Source of the DNA: Armatimonadota bacterium
GTDB lineage: Bacteria; Armatimonadota; Fimbriimonadia; Fimbriimonadales; GBS-DC
DNA length: 64,000 nucleotides
Direction of reading: 5' to 3'
Assembly (NCBI GenBank): GCA_037445735.1
Contig: JBBIJY010000012.1
Location: forward strand, 1-64,000
Shown here: in pieces, positions 18,520-29,011 of the stretch
How the letters are laid out: the number at the start of each line of letters is the position of its first letter
Numbering within the stretch: position 1 is the stretch's first letter
Translations under genes and position numbers: made by a program
The notes under the pieces: generated by a model
Seen by the model: only the letters and a program-made list of their open reading frames with translations
What the model was told of the DNA's origin: nothing
Databases searched by the model: none

Positions 18520-19869
18520 TCAGCCCAGCGCCGTGCGGATGGCGTGGGCAAGCCGCTGCAGGCATTCGTCGACCAGCTCGGTCGTTTCGGCTTCGACCAT
18601 CAATCGGATGGCGTTTTCGGTGCCGGAGGCGCGGATGTTGAGCCGTCCGCGCCCATTGAGCTGCGCCTGCGTCTCCTGAATGGCTGCCTGCACGATGGGA
18701 TGCCCCTGCCAGGCGTGCTTATCGCGCACGGGCAGGCTCATCAGACGCTGGGGGAACGGCTCAAACGGATGGGCGATCTCTGAGAAGGGGCGCTCGCCCT
18801 GCAGATAGAGCGTCAGGGTCTGCAACAGTGTAATCAGCCCGTCGCCTGTGGTCGCCACCTCGCGGAAGATGATGTGCCCCGACTGCTCGCCGCCGATGAG
18901 GGCGCCGTGCTGACACATCGCTTCGGCGACATAGCGGTCGCCCACGCGCGTGCGCACCAGCTGGATGCCTTCCTGCTGGAGCCGTCGCTCCATGCCGAGA
19001 TTGCTCATCTCGGTGGCGACCACCACGGGCGGGTTCAGCGTGCCCTGCGCATGGCGGTGCAGCGCCCACAGCGTCATGATGCTGTCGCCATCCACCGGGT
19101 CGGCGTTCTCGTCGCAGAACAGGGCACGGTCAGCGTCGCCATCGAACGCCACGCCCAGCTCCGCGCCCGATTGCAATACCGCCTGCTGCAAAAACTCTAA
19201 ATGGGTGGAGCCGCAGCCCGCATTAATATTATCGCCGTCTGGCTCACAGGCGAACAGGCTCACCTTCGCACCCAGCTCGGTCAGCAGCGTCGGCGCGTAG
19301 AGGCTGGCGGCGCCGTTGGCGCAATCGACGGCGATATGGATGCCCTGCAACGGCTCGCGCTGACCCGTCCACTCACGCATCAGGTGCAGCAGATAGAGCA
19401 GGTACTGCTCGCGCTCGCGCTCATCATAGTGCCACTGCCCGATTGCCGCTGCAGGGGGATAGGGGCACGGTTCCTCCAGCAACGCTTCAATCGCGAGTTC
19501 CGCATCATCGGGGAACTTGTAGCCGTCGCCGCCGATGAGCTTGATGCCGTTATCCTGCGCGGGGTTGTGCGAGGCGGAGAGCGCGATGCCCAGATCGTAG
19601 TGTCCTTCGCGCACGAGGTAAGCGATGGCGGGCGTGGGCAACACGCCCGCGGAGGTGACCTGGGCGCCCTGCGCACAAAGCCCGCTGATGAGCGCCGTTT
19701 CGAGCATCGCACCGCTGCGCCGTGTGTCGCGCCCGATCAAAATGCGAGGCACAGGCAACTGCTGCTGCAGATAGCGGGCAATCGCGCGCCCCAGCCGCAG
19801 CACAAAGTCGGGCGTGAGCTGCTCGTTCGCCACGCCCCGAATGCCATCAGTGCCAAAATAACGCTTCAT
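18520..19869 (-). CDS. glmM: Phosphoglucosamine mutase
   Basis: YFGTDGIRG, SASHNP, FDGDADR, GGEQSGH, IRASGTE. Confidence 0.93.
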   Translation of the reverse strand: MKRYFGTDGIRGVANEQLTPDFVLRLGRAIARYLQQQLPVPRILIGRDTRRSGAMLETALISGLCAQGAQVTSAGVLPTPAIAYLVREGHYDLGIALSASHNPAQDNGIKLIGGDGYKFPDDAELAIEALLEEPCPYPPAAAIGQWHYDEREREQYLLYLLHLMREWTGQREPLQGIHIAVDCANGAASLYAPTLLTELGAKVSLFACEPDGDNINAGCGSTHLEFLQQAVLQSGAELGVAFDGDADRALFCDENADPVDGDSIMTLWALHRHAQGTLNPPVVVATEMSNLGMERRLQQEGIQLVRTRVGDRYVAEAMCQHGALIGGEQSGHIIFREVATTGDGLITLLQTLTLYLQGERPFSEIAHPFEPFPQRLMSLPVRDKHAWQGHPIVQAAIQETQAQLNGRGRLNIRASGTENAIRLMVEAETTELVDECLQRLAHAIRTALG

Positions 19870-19907
19870 TTTTTTCTCTTTATGGGTGTCGCACCCTGAT
19901 AAGCGAG

Positions 19908-20510
19908 TTATACCTCGATATCGATTCCCTCCGCGGTGGTGGGCTGTTCGGGGCGACGAGCCACAATCACGCGGCTGGGACGCAGCACGCGCTCGCCGAT
20001 GCGGTAGCCGCGCTCGACCTCATCGATAATAATTCCGTCTTCGTACTCGGTGGTTTCGATGCGCTGAATCGCTTCGTGCAGGTTGGGGTCGAACGGTCGC
20101 CCCACCGCCTCGATGGGATGAATATCGTAGCGGGCAAGCAGGGCTTTGATCTGTCGCTCGGTGAGGCGCACGCCCTCCAGCAGCGGCTCCAGGTCGCGCG
20201 TCGCCTCCGCCGCCTGCAACGCCCGCTCGAAGTTGTCCAGAATCGGCAGCAGCTCCTCCATCAGCGATTCGAGCAGGCGCAGGCGGCTACGCTCCATCTC
20301 GTCCTGCTGGCGACGGCGATAGTTCTGGAAGTCCGCCAGCGTGCGCAAATAGAGATTCTTCTGCTCCTCGAGCGCGCGCTCCATCTCCTGCAGGCGCGTC
20401 TGCAGGGCTTCCAGGTCCTGGCTCACCGCCTCGCCGTTGCCCGCTTCCTCTACAACCGTCGCATTCTCTGCCTGTATCGTCTCGTTCGTCTCCGCTGGGC
20501 GCTCCTCCAT
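19908..20510 (-). CDS. grpE: Nucleotide exchange factor GrpE
   Basis: ADFQNYRRR, LLPILDNFERA, FDPNLHEA, GY-x5-LRPSRV; AAGGAGG RBS. Confidence 0.93.
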   Translation of the reverse strand: MEERPAETNETIQAENATVVEEAGNGEAVSQDLEALQTRLQEMERALEEQKNLYLRTLADFQNYRRRQQDEMERSRLRLLESLMEELLPILDNFERALQAAEATRDLEPLLEGVRLTERQIKALLARYDIHPIEAVGRPFDPNLHEAIQRIETTEYEDGIIIDEVERGYRIGERVLRPSRVIVARRPEQPTTAEGIDIEV

Positions 20511-20604
20511 GCACCTCACCTCCTTCATGTTCGATACGATTCTACCTGATGAGGACTGGGATGAGCCCTGACAGACTGATGGTATACTTTAGAAGGGATT
20601 TACC

Positions 20605-21492
20605 ATGCGCGAGCGGTTCGCCTGGTACTGCATCCTCTATGGCGGGATAGCTGCTGGGAGCGGTCTGATATGGGCGATGCAGGTCTATTCACCGCTGAAT
20701 CTTAGCTATCTGCTGGCATCGCTGATCCCCCTCGGCGCCGCGCTCATAGGCTGGCAATGCCTTAAAAGCCAGATGCAGAAAGATGAACTGATAACATTCT
20801 ATATCTTCATCGTGCTCCTGCTTGCGTTGCTGTCTGAATCATTTTACTTCGGCGCCGAAGTGACGACATCCTGGTCTCTCTGGGGCAATCAGGAGACTAC
20901 CCTGTATAAGCCCGAATTGCTGTCATCGTCGGTTTCGTCCGGGGTTCATCTTGCTCGCAACTTCCTCCTGGATTTATGGCTGCCGTATCTGTTTTTGCTC
21001 TGGTTGCGTCAGCCGCTTGCGGAGCAGTTGACGCCGTTCTGGCGTCGCGCGCTGGGAGGCTACATGGTTATCTGGGGGCTGGTTGCGTTGTCGTTCGGGT
21101 TGATGGCGTCGCCGCCGATGTACATGCAGATTGCGCCGCTTTCGCAGGTTGCACGCCCTGTGTGGGTGCTGTTGACCATCGCGCTCTACGGGGTGATTAT
21201 TGTGATAGGCGTTCGGCTCTGGTTGCATCGGGGCATCGCTGGCTGGCTATGGGGCGCAATCGGGCTGAGCCTCATTCTGTTAATGTTCGCGGACTGGTTA
21301 TGGATAGCCTGGCTGCTTGGCACGGCTCGCTCGCCAGGCACTGCCTCATGGAATTGGCAACAGGTCGGGTATCTGGCGGGCGGATTGAACGATGTGCTGT
21401 ACTCGCTGGCACCGCTGATTTTGCTGGCGGTGCTTTACAGCGACGAGCTGATGGTAATCGCCTGGCGCCAGCGCAGAGGCGCACACGGGTGA
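20605..21492 (+). CDS. Hypothetical multi-pass membrane protein
   Basis: About 8 hydrophobic segments; GGTATACT -10 at 20581-20588. Confidence 0.65.
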   Translation: MRERFAWYCILYGGIAAGSGLIWAMQVYSPLNLSYLLASLIPLGAALIGWQCLKSQMQKDELITFYIFIVLLLALLSESFYFGAEVTTSWSLWGNQETTLYKPELLSSSVSSGVHLARNFLLDLWLPYLFLLWLRQPLAEQLTPFWRRALGGYMVIWGLVALSFGLMASPPMYMQIAPLSQVARPVWVLLTIALYGVIIVIGVRLWLHRGIAGWLWGAIGLSLILLMFADWLWIAWLLGTARSPGTASWNWQQVGYLAGGLNDVLYSLAPLILLAVLYSDELMVIAWRQRRGAHG

Positions 21493-21551
21493 GAGGGTAC
21501 AGGGAACCGTCCGATAATAGGGACAGGTATAACCTTATCAGGGACGCCATC

Positions 21552-22988
21552 ATGACACAGGCGGAACGCGCGGAACTGGAAAAGTGGATCGAGATGATTT
21601 ACGAGAAGGCACTGGAGCTGGGGTTAGACCCCTATCCCGTGCATTTTGAGGTGGTGCCCGCGCATGTGATTTATGAGCTGGGCGCGTACGGGCTGCCCGC
21701 GCGCTTCTCCCACTGGACCTTCGGGCGCGACTACCATGTGCAAAAGACGATGTACGAATACGGCATCAGCCGCATCTACGAGCTGGTGTTCAACGCCGAC
21801 CCCGCCCAGGCGTTCCTGCTCGATGTGAACGATTTGCTCTCTCACAAGCTGGTGGTCGCCCATGTGTACGGGCACTCCGACTTCTTCAAAAACAACATCT
21901 ACTTCGAGCATACCGACCGCCGCATGATTGAGCGGGCACGCCTGCACGCGGAGCGCATCCGCCAGTATGAGGCCGAACACGGTCCGCTGGTGGTCGAGCA
22001 GTTCCTGGACGCCGTGCTGTCGATTGAGGAGCATATCGACCCTGTGCTGCCCACTCACGGCGCACCCAGCCGCCACGAGCCGCCCCGCGAGGAACAACCC
22101 ACTGGCGACACCTACGAAGACATCTTCTATATGGTGCAGCCGAAGCCCAAACCGCAGCCCAAACCGCGCAAAATCCCCGAAGAGCCGCAGAAAGACCTCC
22201 TGCTCTTTATCCGCGACCATTCGCGCGTGCTGGAAGACTGGCAGCGCGACATCATCAGCATGGTGCGCGAAGAGATGCTCTACTTTTTACCACAAATTAA
22301 AACAAAGATAATGAATGAAGGTTACGCCACTTTCTGGCATGAAAGAATTTTAGAAAATCTACCGCTCACGCCGGATGAGCATGTGCAGTTCCGCAAGATG
22401 CACGCTTCGGTCATTCAGCCTGGTTCGCGCCTGAGTTTGAACCCCTACTTTGTGGGCTACAAAATCTTTCGGGATATCGAGCGTCGCTGGAACGGCGAGC
22501 TGGAACCCGACGAGCAGGAGAGCGACTGGATGGGTTATCCCATCGAGCGTCCGCAGGGTCAGGGGCTACAGAAGATTTTCGAGGTGCGCCAGCTGGAGAA
22601 CGACCAGAGCTTCCTGCACAAATACCTGACCGAGCGGCTGGTGCGTGAGTTGGACCTTTACACCTATCGCGTGGAGGAGCAGGACGGTGAGCTGGTGTGG
22701 GTGGTGGACGAGACCGACTGGCGCAAGGTGCGCGACGCGCTGGTCGACCAGCTGACCAACTTCGGTGTGCCCGTGCTGACGGTGGAAGATGGCGACTGGG
22801 AGCATCGGGGCGAGCTGTATATCAGGCATCACTACGATGGCAAGCCGCTTGATATGGAGCGCACCAGCCGCTGTCTGCGCTATCTGGTCAAGCTGTGGGG
22901 GCGCCCCGTGCATATTGAAACCGTCGTGGACGACGAGGAGGTGCTGCTCTCCTGCGACGGGACGAACATCACCCAGCACGCGCTCTAA
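21552..22988 (+). CDS. spoVR: SpoVR/YcgB family protein
   Basis: [54 protein letters not shown]. Confidence 0.9.
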   Translation: MTQAERAELEKWIEMIYEKALELGLDPYPVHFEVVPAHVIYELGAYGLPARFSHWTFGRDYHVQKTMYEYGISRIYELVFNADPAQAFLLDVNDLLSHKLVVAHVYGHSDFFKNNIYFEHTDRRMIERARLHAERIRQYEAEHGPLVVEQFLDAVLSIEEHIDPVLPTHGAPSRHEPPREEQPTGDTYEDIFYMVQPKPKPQPKPRKIPEEPQKDLLLFIRDHSRVLEDWQRDIISMVREEMLYFLPQIKTKIMNEGYATFWHERILENLPLTPDEHVQFRKMHASVIQPGSRLSLNPYFVGYKIFRDIERRWNGELEPDEQESDWMGYPIERPQGQGLQKIFEVRQLENDQSFLHKYLTERLVRELDLYTYRVEEQDGELVWVVDETDWRKVRDALVDQLTNFGVPVLTVEDGDWEHRGELYIRHHYDGKPLDMERTSRCLRYLVKLWGRPVHIETVVDDEEVLLSCDGTNITQHAL

Positions 22989-24088
22989 TCGATCTCGCCT
23001 GGTGAAAGCCCCATCGGCAGGGGGGCGGGGCGTTCGCAGCGACTTTCGATGGTGATGTGCTGCCTGCTGACCGACGACTCGTTGAAGCTGAGCATCACAT
23101 CCAGCACATGGTAGGCGAGCGTGCCGCTGGCGCGATGAGGGCGCCCCGTTTGAATCGCGCGTACCATATCGGCAAGCCCCAGCCCGCGACTCTGCTCCGT
23201 GTAGCCATTAATCAGCGGCACCTCCGACCACTCTCTGGCGTTTGCGCGCCGGATCAGCACGGGTCCGCCGAAGCCGTTCGGGTCAGGCACCCCCAGTGTG
23301 CCCTCCGTGCCGTAAATTTCGATCGGCGGCAGGCGGTGCGCCCACACATCGAACGACATCACCACGGTGGCAATCGCGCCGTTTTCGAACTCCATCGTGC
23401 CCGCGATATGGGTCGGCGTCTCCACATGGATAATCTGTCCGCGTTTCGGCTCGCTCTGGATCAGGCGCGTCGGGCGCGTGATTCGTGAGATAGCGCATAC
23501 CCGCCGCACCGGACCCAGCAGGCTCACCAGCGCGGTGATATAGTAGGGACCCATATCGAGCATCGGACCGCCCCCATGCTGATAGAAAAACTCCGGGTCG
23601 GGATGCCAGCGTTCGTGTCCGGGCGAGAGCATGAAGGCGGTCGCGCCGACGGGTTCGCCAATCCAGCCGTCGTCGATGAGCTTGCGGCAGGTTTGCAAGC
23701 CTGCGCCCAGAAAGGTGTCGGGCGCACCGCCCACCCGCAAGCCTTTCGATTCGGCTAATCCCAGCACCTTTTGCGCCTCCTGACGGTTGATGCCGAACGG
23801 CTTTTCGGTGTAGGCATGCTTGCCAGCCTGCAGGGCGGCGGCGTTCAGCGGCGCGTGCGCCTTCGGCACCGTCAGATTCAGCACCACCTGCACCTCGGGG
23901 TCGGCAAGCAGCTCATCGGGGCTGCAGGCTTTCGGAAGGTTGAACTCGTCGGCGCGAGCGCGGGCGCGCTCCAGCACAAGATCGGCAACCGCCACCACCT
24001 CCAGCATCGGGAACATGCGCAGCACGCGCAGATAGGTCGGGCAGATGTTCCCGCAGCCAATCACACCCACTCTCATTCGCTCGCTCAT
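22985..24088 (-). CDS. Gfo/Idh/MocA family oxidoreductase
   Basis: [34 protein letters not shown]. Confidence 0.9.
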   Translation of the reverse strand: MSERMRVGVIGCGNICPTYLRVLRMFPMLEVVAVADLVLERARARADEFNLPKACSPDELLADPEVQVVLNLTVPKAHAPLNAAALQAGKHAYTEKPFGINRQEAQKVLGLAESKGLRVGGAPDTFLGAGLQTCRKLIDDGWIGEPVGATAFMLSPGHERWHPDPEFFYQHGGGPMLDMGPYYITALVSLLGPVRRVCAISRITRPTRLIQSEPKRGQIIHVETPTHIAGTMEFENGAIATVVMSFDVWAHRLPPIEIYGTEGTLGVPDPNGFGGPVLIRRANAREWSEVPLINGYTEQSRGLGLADMVRAIQTGRPHRASGTLAYHVLDVMLSFNESSVSRQHITIESRCERPAPLPMGLSPGEID

Positions 24089-24669
24089 CGTCCGCTCACT
24101 GGCTCCGTGCCGGTCTTGCCTTCAAACGATTCGCCCGCGTGCGGATGGGTTAAATCCTCAATCGCGGGTCCCATCGTTTGCTGGGCGAAGGGGATTTCCT
24201 CGCCGCCCAGCGGGTAGTCCTTGCGCAGGGGATGCCCCACCCAGTCGTCAGGCATCAGGATGCGTTTCAGGTTGGGATGCCCCTCGAACTCGATGCCGAA
24301 CATGTCGTACACTTCGCGTTCGGGGTAGTTGGCGCCTTCCCAGATGGGCGTCACGGAGGGCACCCGCTCCCCCTCGTTCACCCGCACCTTCAGAAAGATG
24401 CGCTGGAACGACACAGGCGAGTAAAGATTGTACACCACTTCGAACCGTTTCGGCTTCTCGCCCGACTGCCATCTGGGCAGCCAGTCGATGCCCATCACAT
24501 CACTGATATAGAGATAGTTCAGGTCAGGGTCATCGCGCAGCAGCTGGCACACGGGCAACAGATATTCGGGGCGGATGTAAATCCATGTGTCGCCCCGAAA
24601 CTCGTAGATTTCTTCGATGGCGTCAGGGTAGGCGGCGCGGATTTTCTGAATCTCGATGCGTTCGCTCAT
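24085..24669 (-). CDS. nuoC: NADH-quinone oxidoreductase subunit C
   Basis: [22 protein letters not shown][14 protein letters not shown], [14 protein letters not shown] overlaps at both ends. Confidence 0.92.
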   Translation of the reverse strand: MSERIEIQKIRAAYPDAIEEIYEFRGDTWIYIRPEYLLPVCQLLRDDPDLNYLYISDVMGIDWLPRWQSGEKPKRFEVVYNLYSPVSFQRIFLKVRVNEGERVPSVTPIWEGANYPEREVYDMFGIEFEGHPNLKRILMPDDWVGHPLRKDYPLGGEEIPFAQQTMGPAIEDLTHPHAGESFEGKTGTEPVSGR

Positions 24670-25133
24670 GGGTTCGCTCCTGCTTCTGACCTGTCGGCGG
24701 CGGTGAGGGCGGGCGTCGGGGTTGAAGGCTGGGGCAGCGGCTTCAGGCGGCGCGGCTCCACAGGGTCTTCCCACTCCAGCGCGCCCTTCTTCAGCTCGTA
24801 CAGGAAGGTGATAACCAGCAGAGCGCTGAACACGCCCACCACGCTTAGCACGAAACCGCGCATCTCCGCTGGCAGCTCCCGCAAAATCACAAAGAAGGGA
24901 TAGAGGAAGGCGACCTCCACATCGAAGATGATGAACAGCATCGCGGTCAGGTAGAAATGGACAGGGAACCGCTCGCGGGCGTCGCCGACGGGCGTGATGC
25001 CGCACTCGTAGGGCGCGCTCTTGGCAGGTGTGGGACGCTTCGGACCCAGCAGCCACGAGCCGCCCACCATCACCGCGGCAATCACTGCCGCCAGCCCAAA
25101 CAGAATCAGAATCGGCACATACTCCACCGCCAT
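24666..25133 (-). CDS. nuoA: NADH-quinone oxidoreductase subunit A
   Basis: [37 protein letters not shown], plus a C-terminal extension. Confidence 0.93.
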   Translation of the reverse strand: MAVEYVPILILFGLAAVIAAVMVGGSWLLGPKRPTPAKSAPYECGITPVGDARERFPVHFYLTAMLFIIFDVEVAFLYPFFVILRELPAEMRGFVLSVVGVFSALLVITFLYELKKGALEWEDPVEPRRLKPLPQPSTPTPALTAADRSEAGANP

Positions 25134-25185
25134 AGCAGGAACAAGTATACCTGCAGGGTATATTACTTGCGTGAGGGGATGAGCG

Positions 25186-27420
25186 ATGCGATTCACGATG
25201 CGTTTCGGAATTGCACTGACAGCCTGCGTGCTGTCGACAATAGCGTTCGCTGCGCCGTCGCAGGACCCGCTTGAGCAGCCCATCACTTTTGACCAGCCCG
25301 CCCGGACCGTTAGACAGCTGCTGGAGACGCTCTCGCGTCAGACGGGCGTGCGCCTGTTCGCGCCCAGCCCCATCGACTCGGAGTTCGTGCTGGTCGCGGT
25401 GAAGGAGATGCCCCTGAAAGAGCTGATGGAGCATCTGGCGCAGGTGGTGGATGGGGAGTGGTTGCCGCAGCCTGACGGCAGTTATCGGCTCGCCCGCACG
25501 CCCCGCATCATCAAGCAGCGCCAGCAGGAAGACAACGAGCAGATTCTGAAGAAGCTGAAAGAGATGCTCGACGATAAATATCTGGCGGATCTTGCGCAGC
25601 CGCTCACGGAGGCACAGGCACGCCAGCACCGCGACAAACTCAAACAGCTGATTCAGGAAGCTGAGACCTCCGCCGATTCCGCCGATCGCTTCTGGAACAT
25701 ATCCGCCCGACGCAACTTTGAGGAGCATACTCATGCGCTGGACGCGGGTCGGCGACTCACCCTGCGCCTGATCCGGCAGATAGACCCCAGACGCCTGCTG
25801 GAGATACCAGTGGGTGAGCGGCGCGTGTTCAGCAACATGCGGGGACGCTACCTGCTGCCGTTCGGCTTTTCCGTTCAGCCGCTCGTGGAGCAATATATGC
25901 GCGAGCAGCGGCTCGTGTATGAGCTGTGGACGCATCCCACCGAGGGGCTGGATGAAAAGCGCGTGGAAGAATTCAACAATCGCTTTACCTATTTGATACC
26001 CGACTATCGACTGCGGCAAGAGCTGCCAGATCAACCGCTCACGCGCGTCTATCTGAAAGTGGATCGTGTCGCACCCGATAGTTTCTACTTTTCCGCCGAA
26101 CTCCTCACGGACGATTTGAAAGAGATGGTTCATGCGGGGTTTGTTGGATCCTACGAACTGGAGTATCGCCGCCTGACAGAGCAGCAGGCTTCGAGAGCGC
26201 AAACGCAACAGTCTGCAGAAGCCAAGGTGGAGTGGAGCGAGCCGTCGCGCCAGTTCATCGAGGCGTATCAGGCGATGGAGCGCGCCACCGAGCCGACGCC
26301 GCTCCCGCCCATTCTCGATCCTGCCCGCACCGAGCCGCTGAGCCTTATCCCCTCCGATGTGCTGCGCGCCTACGCACGGCACAAAAACAAAAACCTCGTT
26401 GCGCATGTCCCCGATAGCCTGTGTGCGTGGCTGCGCACTGCCCTAACACGCGCGAATCTGCAAGCATTTACCAGCTGGCTGGAGTGGTCCTATCAACAGC
26501 AGGAGACGGAGCGTGTGATTTTAATCAAGCCCCGATGGTCTTCCTATGAATGGGGCGCGCGCGTCGACCGAAAGGCGCTGAGCGAACTGCTCAACAACAT
26601 TCTGAAACAGGGCTACATGCGGCTGGAGCATTCGCTCGCTTTGCTGAAACTCTGCGAACCCGTTCAGCATGGTTACTGGCTGCTGGATAGTTACCTGGAC
26701 ATGCTACAGGGCGATTCGTCTATAGTCAGCGACTTCGTTCGGGCTAACCTGCGCCTTCTGCGAAGCCTGACGCCCGCGCAGCTACAACATCTGCAGTCAG
26801 GCGGTACGCTGGCGATTAATGCGCTCACCCCCTCCCAGCGGGAGCAACTGATTAAAGATATTTACTACAGCGATTCGACCCTTGAGCGGGACCACAGGTG
26901 GGTTGATGAGCAAACTCTCGCCTCCGGGCAGTTGATTCGGCTCTCCGATTTGCCCGCTACCGGGCTGGTGCATGCGGTCTATCCCGACGGCTTGCCGCCA
27001 AATGCTGTCCTCAAAGTTGCCGATAAGGAAGAGGAGATGGGTGTCTTCACGCAGCGCAAAGCGGGCGTCTGGTCGGACTTCAGAGAAGCCCTTCATCTGG
27101 CGATGGAGATGTTCGTCTTCACCGACGAGAAACGCTTCCTGGCGAACGAGTGGACACGCCGGTACTATCAGCAGAGGATTGAGCGCTACAAAAACTCACC
27201 GCTGATGCCAGCAATGCGGAAGCCGTTCACGCTGGTGGTGCAGATGACGCCATTTGTGATGGAGCTGCCCTCGTCAGGTAGCTACTATGGGGGTGCTCGT
27301 CTTGCCGATTATCGGCTGCTGAATGACGGTAAGCCGGTGACCTTTGATCAGTTGCCGCCGGAGTTGAAAAAGAAGATAGAGGAGTATCAGCAGAGGTATC
27401 GATCTATGCCAGAGGAGTGA
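25186..27420 (+). CDS. Large secreted hypothetical protein with an STN-like N-terminal segment
   Basis: Signal peptide ([10 protein letters not shown]), [29 protein letters not shown]; 744-aa open frame. Confidence 0.65.
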   Translation: MRFTMRFGIALTACVLSTIAFAAPSQDPLEQPITFDQPARTVRQLLETLSRQTGVRLFAPSPIDSEFVLVAVKEMPLKELMEHLAQVVDGEWLPQPDGSYRLARTPRIIKQRQQEDNEQILKKLKEMLDDKYLADLAQPLTEAQARQHRDKLKQLIQEAETSADSADRFWNISARRNFEEHTHALDAGRRLTLRLIRQIDPRRLLEIPVGERRVFSNMRGRYLLPFGFSVQPLVEQYMREQRLVYELWTHPTEGLDEKRVEEFNNRFTYLIPDYRLRQELPDQPLTRVYLKVDRVAPDSFYFSAELLTDDLKEMVHAGFVGSYELEYRRLTEQQASRAQTQQSAEAKVEWSEPSRQFIEAYQAMERATEPTPLPPILDPARTEPLSLIPSDVLRAYARHKNKNLVAHVPDSLCAWLRTALTRANLQAFTSWLEWSYQQQETERVILIKPRWSSYEWGARVDRKALSELLNNILKQGYMRLEHSLALLKLCEPVQHGYWLLDSYLDMLQGDSSIVSDFVRANLRLLRSLTPAQLQHLQSGGTLAINALTPSQREQLIKDIYYSDSTLERDHRWVDEQTLASGQLIRLSDLPATGLVHAVYPDGLPPNAVLKVADKEEEMGVFTQRKAGVWSDFREALHLAMEMFVFTDEKRFLANEWTRRYYQQRIERYKNSPLMPAMRKPFTLVVQMTPFVMELPSSGSYYGGARLADYRLLNDGKPVTFDQLPPELKKKIEEYQQRYRSMPEE

Positions 27421-27962
27421 TGGGGGTGTTGTGGCAGTCGGAGGCGTGGCGGTATCGGCGGTTGCCGTTGTTGCTGGCGGTGGTGGGCGTGGTGGCAGCC
27501 TACTGGCTGCAGGAGGTGGGCATCGTGCGGCGTCATGCGCTGCTGCTGGCGTTGCTGGTCGGGCTGGGCTTCTTTCACCCGACCCTGCGCCATCCGCTGC
27601 TCATTCTGTTCGGCTACGGCTTGAGCCTCTATTTTCTGTCCAAGTCGCTGGGTTCGTGGGCGGACGCGCCGTTTGGCGGGCTGGAGCCTGTGGATCGCTG
27701 GCTGTGGCTGCTGGTGGGTCTGCTGTGTGCGGTCAGCGCGATGGGCATGGGTCGTCCGACGCCGCCGCGCTGGGCGTCGGCGGTGCTGCTGTTCGCGCTG
27801 GGCATCTACTTCATCACCTACACCCACAGTGAGATTCGGCACGGGAACACGCTGCAGGTGGTTGCGGGCGCAGGGCTGGCGCTGGTCGCTTTCGTGGCGG
27901 GGCTGGCGAGCCTGATCGAAGCCTATGCCCGCCCGCATGCCCACCGCATGCGAAGCGGATAG
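27420..27962 (+). CDS. Hypothetical membrane protein
   Basis: About 6 hydrophobic segments; start overlaps the upstream stop. Confidence 0.6.
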   Translation: MGVLWQSEAWRYRRLPLLLAVVGVVAAYWLQEVGIVRRHALLLALLVGLGFFHPTLRHPLLILFGYGLSLYFLSKSLGSWADAPFGGLEPVDRWLWLLVGLLCAVSAMGMGRPTPPRWASAVLLFALGIYFITYTHSEIRHGNTLQVVAGAGLALVAFVAGLASLIEAYARPHAHRMRSG

Positions 27963-28058
27963 CGCCCATCCCTGCATTTGCCCTGCTGTAGAGCAGCGAT
28001 GGGTGCGTGCTCTTGAAGCACCCATCGCTGATAGCTCTGCCGTTGCTCGCCATCAGGC

Positions 28059-28814
28059 TTACTGCCGCCTGCGCCGACGCAGCAGCAATCCGGCAACACC
28101 AAGCGCCAGCGCGCTCAGGGAGGCGGGTTCGGGTATCTGCGCGAAGTCATCCAGATAGAGGGTGTAGGGACCCACCTGAGCGGGGTCCACCGGCTTGAAC
28201 GCAAGGTGTTCCAGCGTGCCGCGCGCGTTGTCCAGCACACCGTTACCACCCGCAAAGTTGCGGATGGGATCCGTGCTAAAATCGAACACGACCTGCACCC
28301 ACTGGTCTTTCTGGTTGATGAGCTTGCCCGTTGGGGGTGCCCCTGTCGTGCTGCCGACCCATTCAATGCCGCCTGTGGTGCCGCCGTTGCCCCCGATAGG
28401 CGCGGTCGTGCCGTTATCGCGCACACCCAGCGTGATATAAAAGTCGGGCGTGCCCGACGGCACATAGATGTAGAACACCAGCAGGTACGCAAAATCCAGC
28501 GCCGGGTTCGGCACCACATTCGCGTTGAAGGTGGTCAGGCGCAGCCACGCATTGGTCGCACCAGTGAACTGCCAGGAGACCTTCAGCGATTGGGAGCCAC
28601 CAGAAGTGTGATTTTGCTCGCTGGAAACAATGGAGAGGTTAGGGGTTGCCGCCAGAAAGCTGCTGGTTGAACCGGAGAAGCGCGGCGCACGGAACATCAC
28701 CTCCTGCTGCCCCAGTGTCGCCGATTCGAAATCATAAATCGGGAACACCTGCGCCCATATCGACGCAAGGCTCAACCCCAACAAACCCATCAGTGTCAGC
28801 ATGCGTTTCATCAT
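28059..28814 (-). CDS. PEP-CTERM sorting domain protein
   Basis: Signal peptide, C-terminal IPEPASL-TM-RRRRR; AAGGAGG RBS; TATAAT at 28901-28906 (minus). Confidence 0.9.
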   Translation of the reverse strand: MMKRMLTLMGLLGLSLASIWAQVFPIYDFESATLGQQEVMFRAPRFSGSTSSFLAATPNLSIVSSEQNHTSGGSQSLKVSWQFTGATNAWLRLTTFNANVVPNPALDFAYLLVFYIYVPSGTPDFYITLGVRDNGTTAPIGGNGGTTGGIEWVGSTTGAPPTGKLINQKDQWVQVVFDFSTDPIRNFAGGNGVLDNARGTLEHLAFKPVDPAQVGPYTLYLDDFAQIPEPASLSALALGVAGLLLRRRRRQ

Positions 28815-29011
28815 TCGAACCTCCTTTCCCCCAGAGAAGGGGGCATGAATTAATGACTCAAAAGCGTATGGAAAGCGGACAGATCCCGCTGCTAACTGCC
28901 ATTATACAACGGTTTTGCCCGCCGATGCCCTTGCGCATGCCAGAACTGGTGATTTTACGGGGGCTTTAGAAAAGGTATCATGCTCACAGTTCGCAGGAGC
29001 AGGTGGCAGGG

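Noticed and set aside
21490-21517. TCCGATAA sigma28-like -10 upstream of spoVR
   Set aside because: No convincing -35, and a GGTATAAC sigma70-type -10 lies just downstream
24085-26406. 773-aa minus-strand ORF ending in NuoC
   Set aside because: Only the last 194 aa are NuoC; the rest is antisense or out-of-frame shadow of other genes
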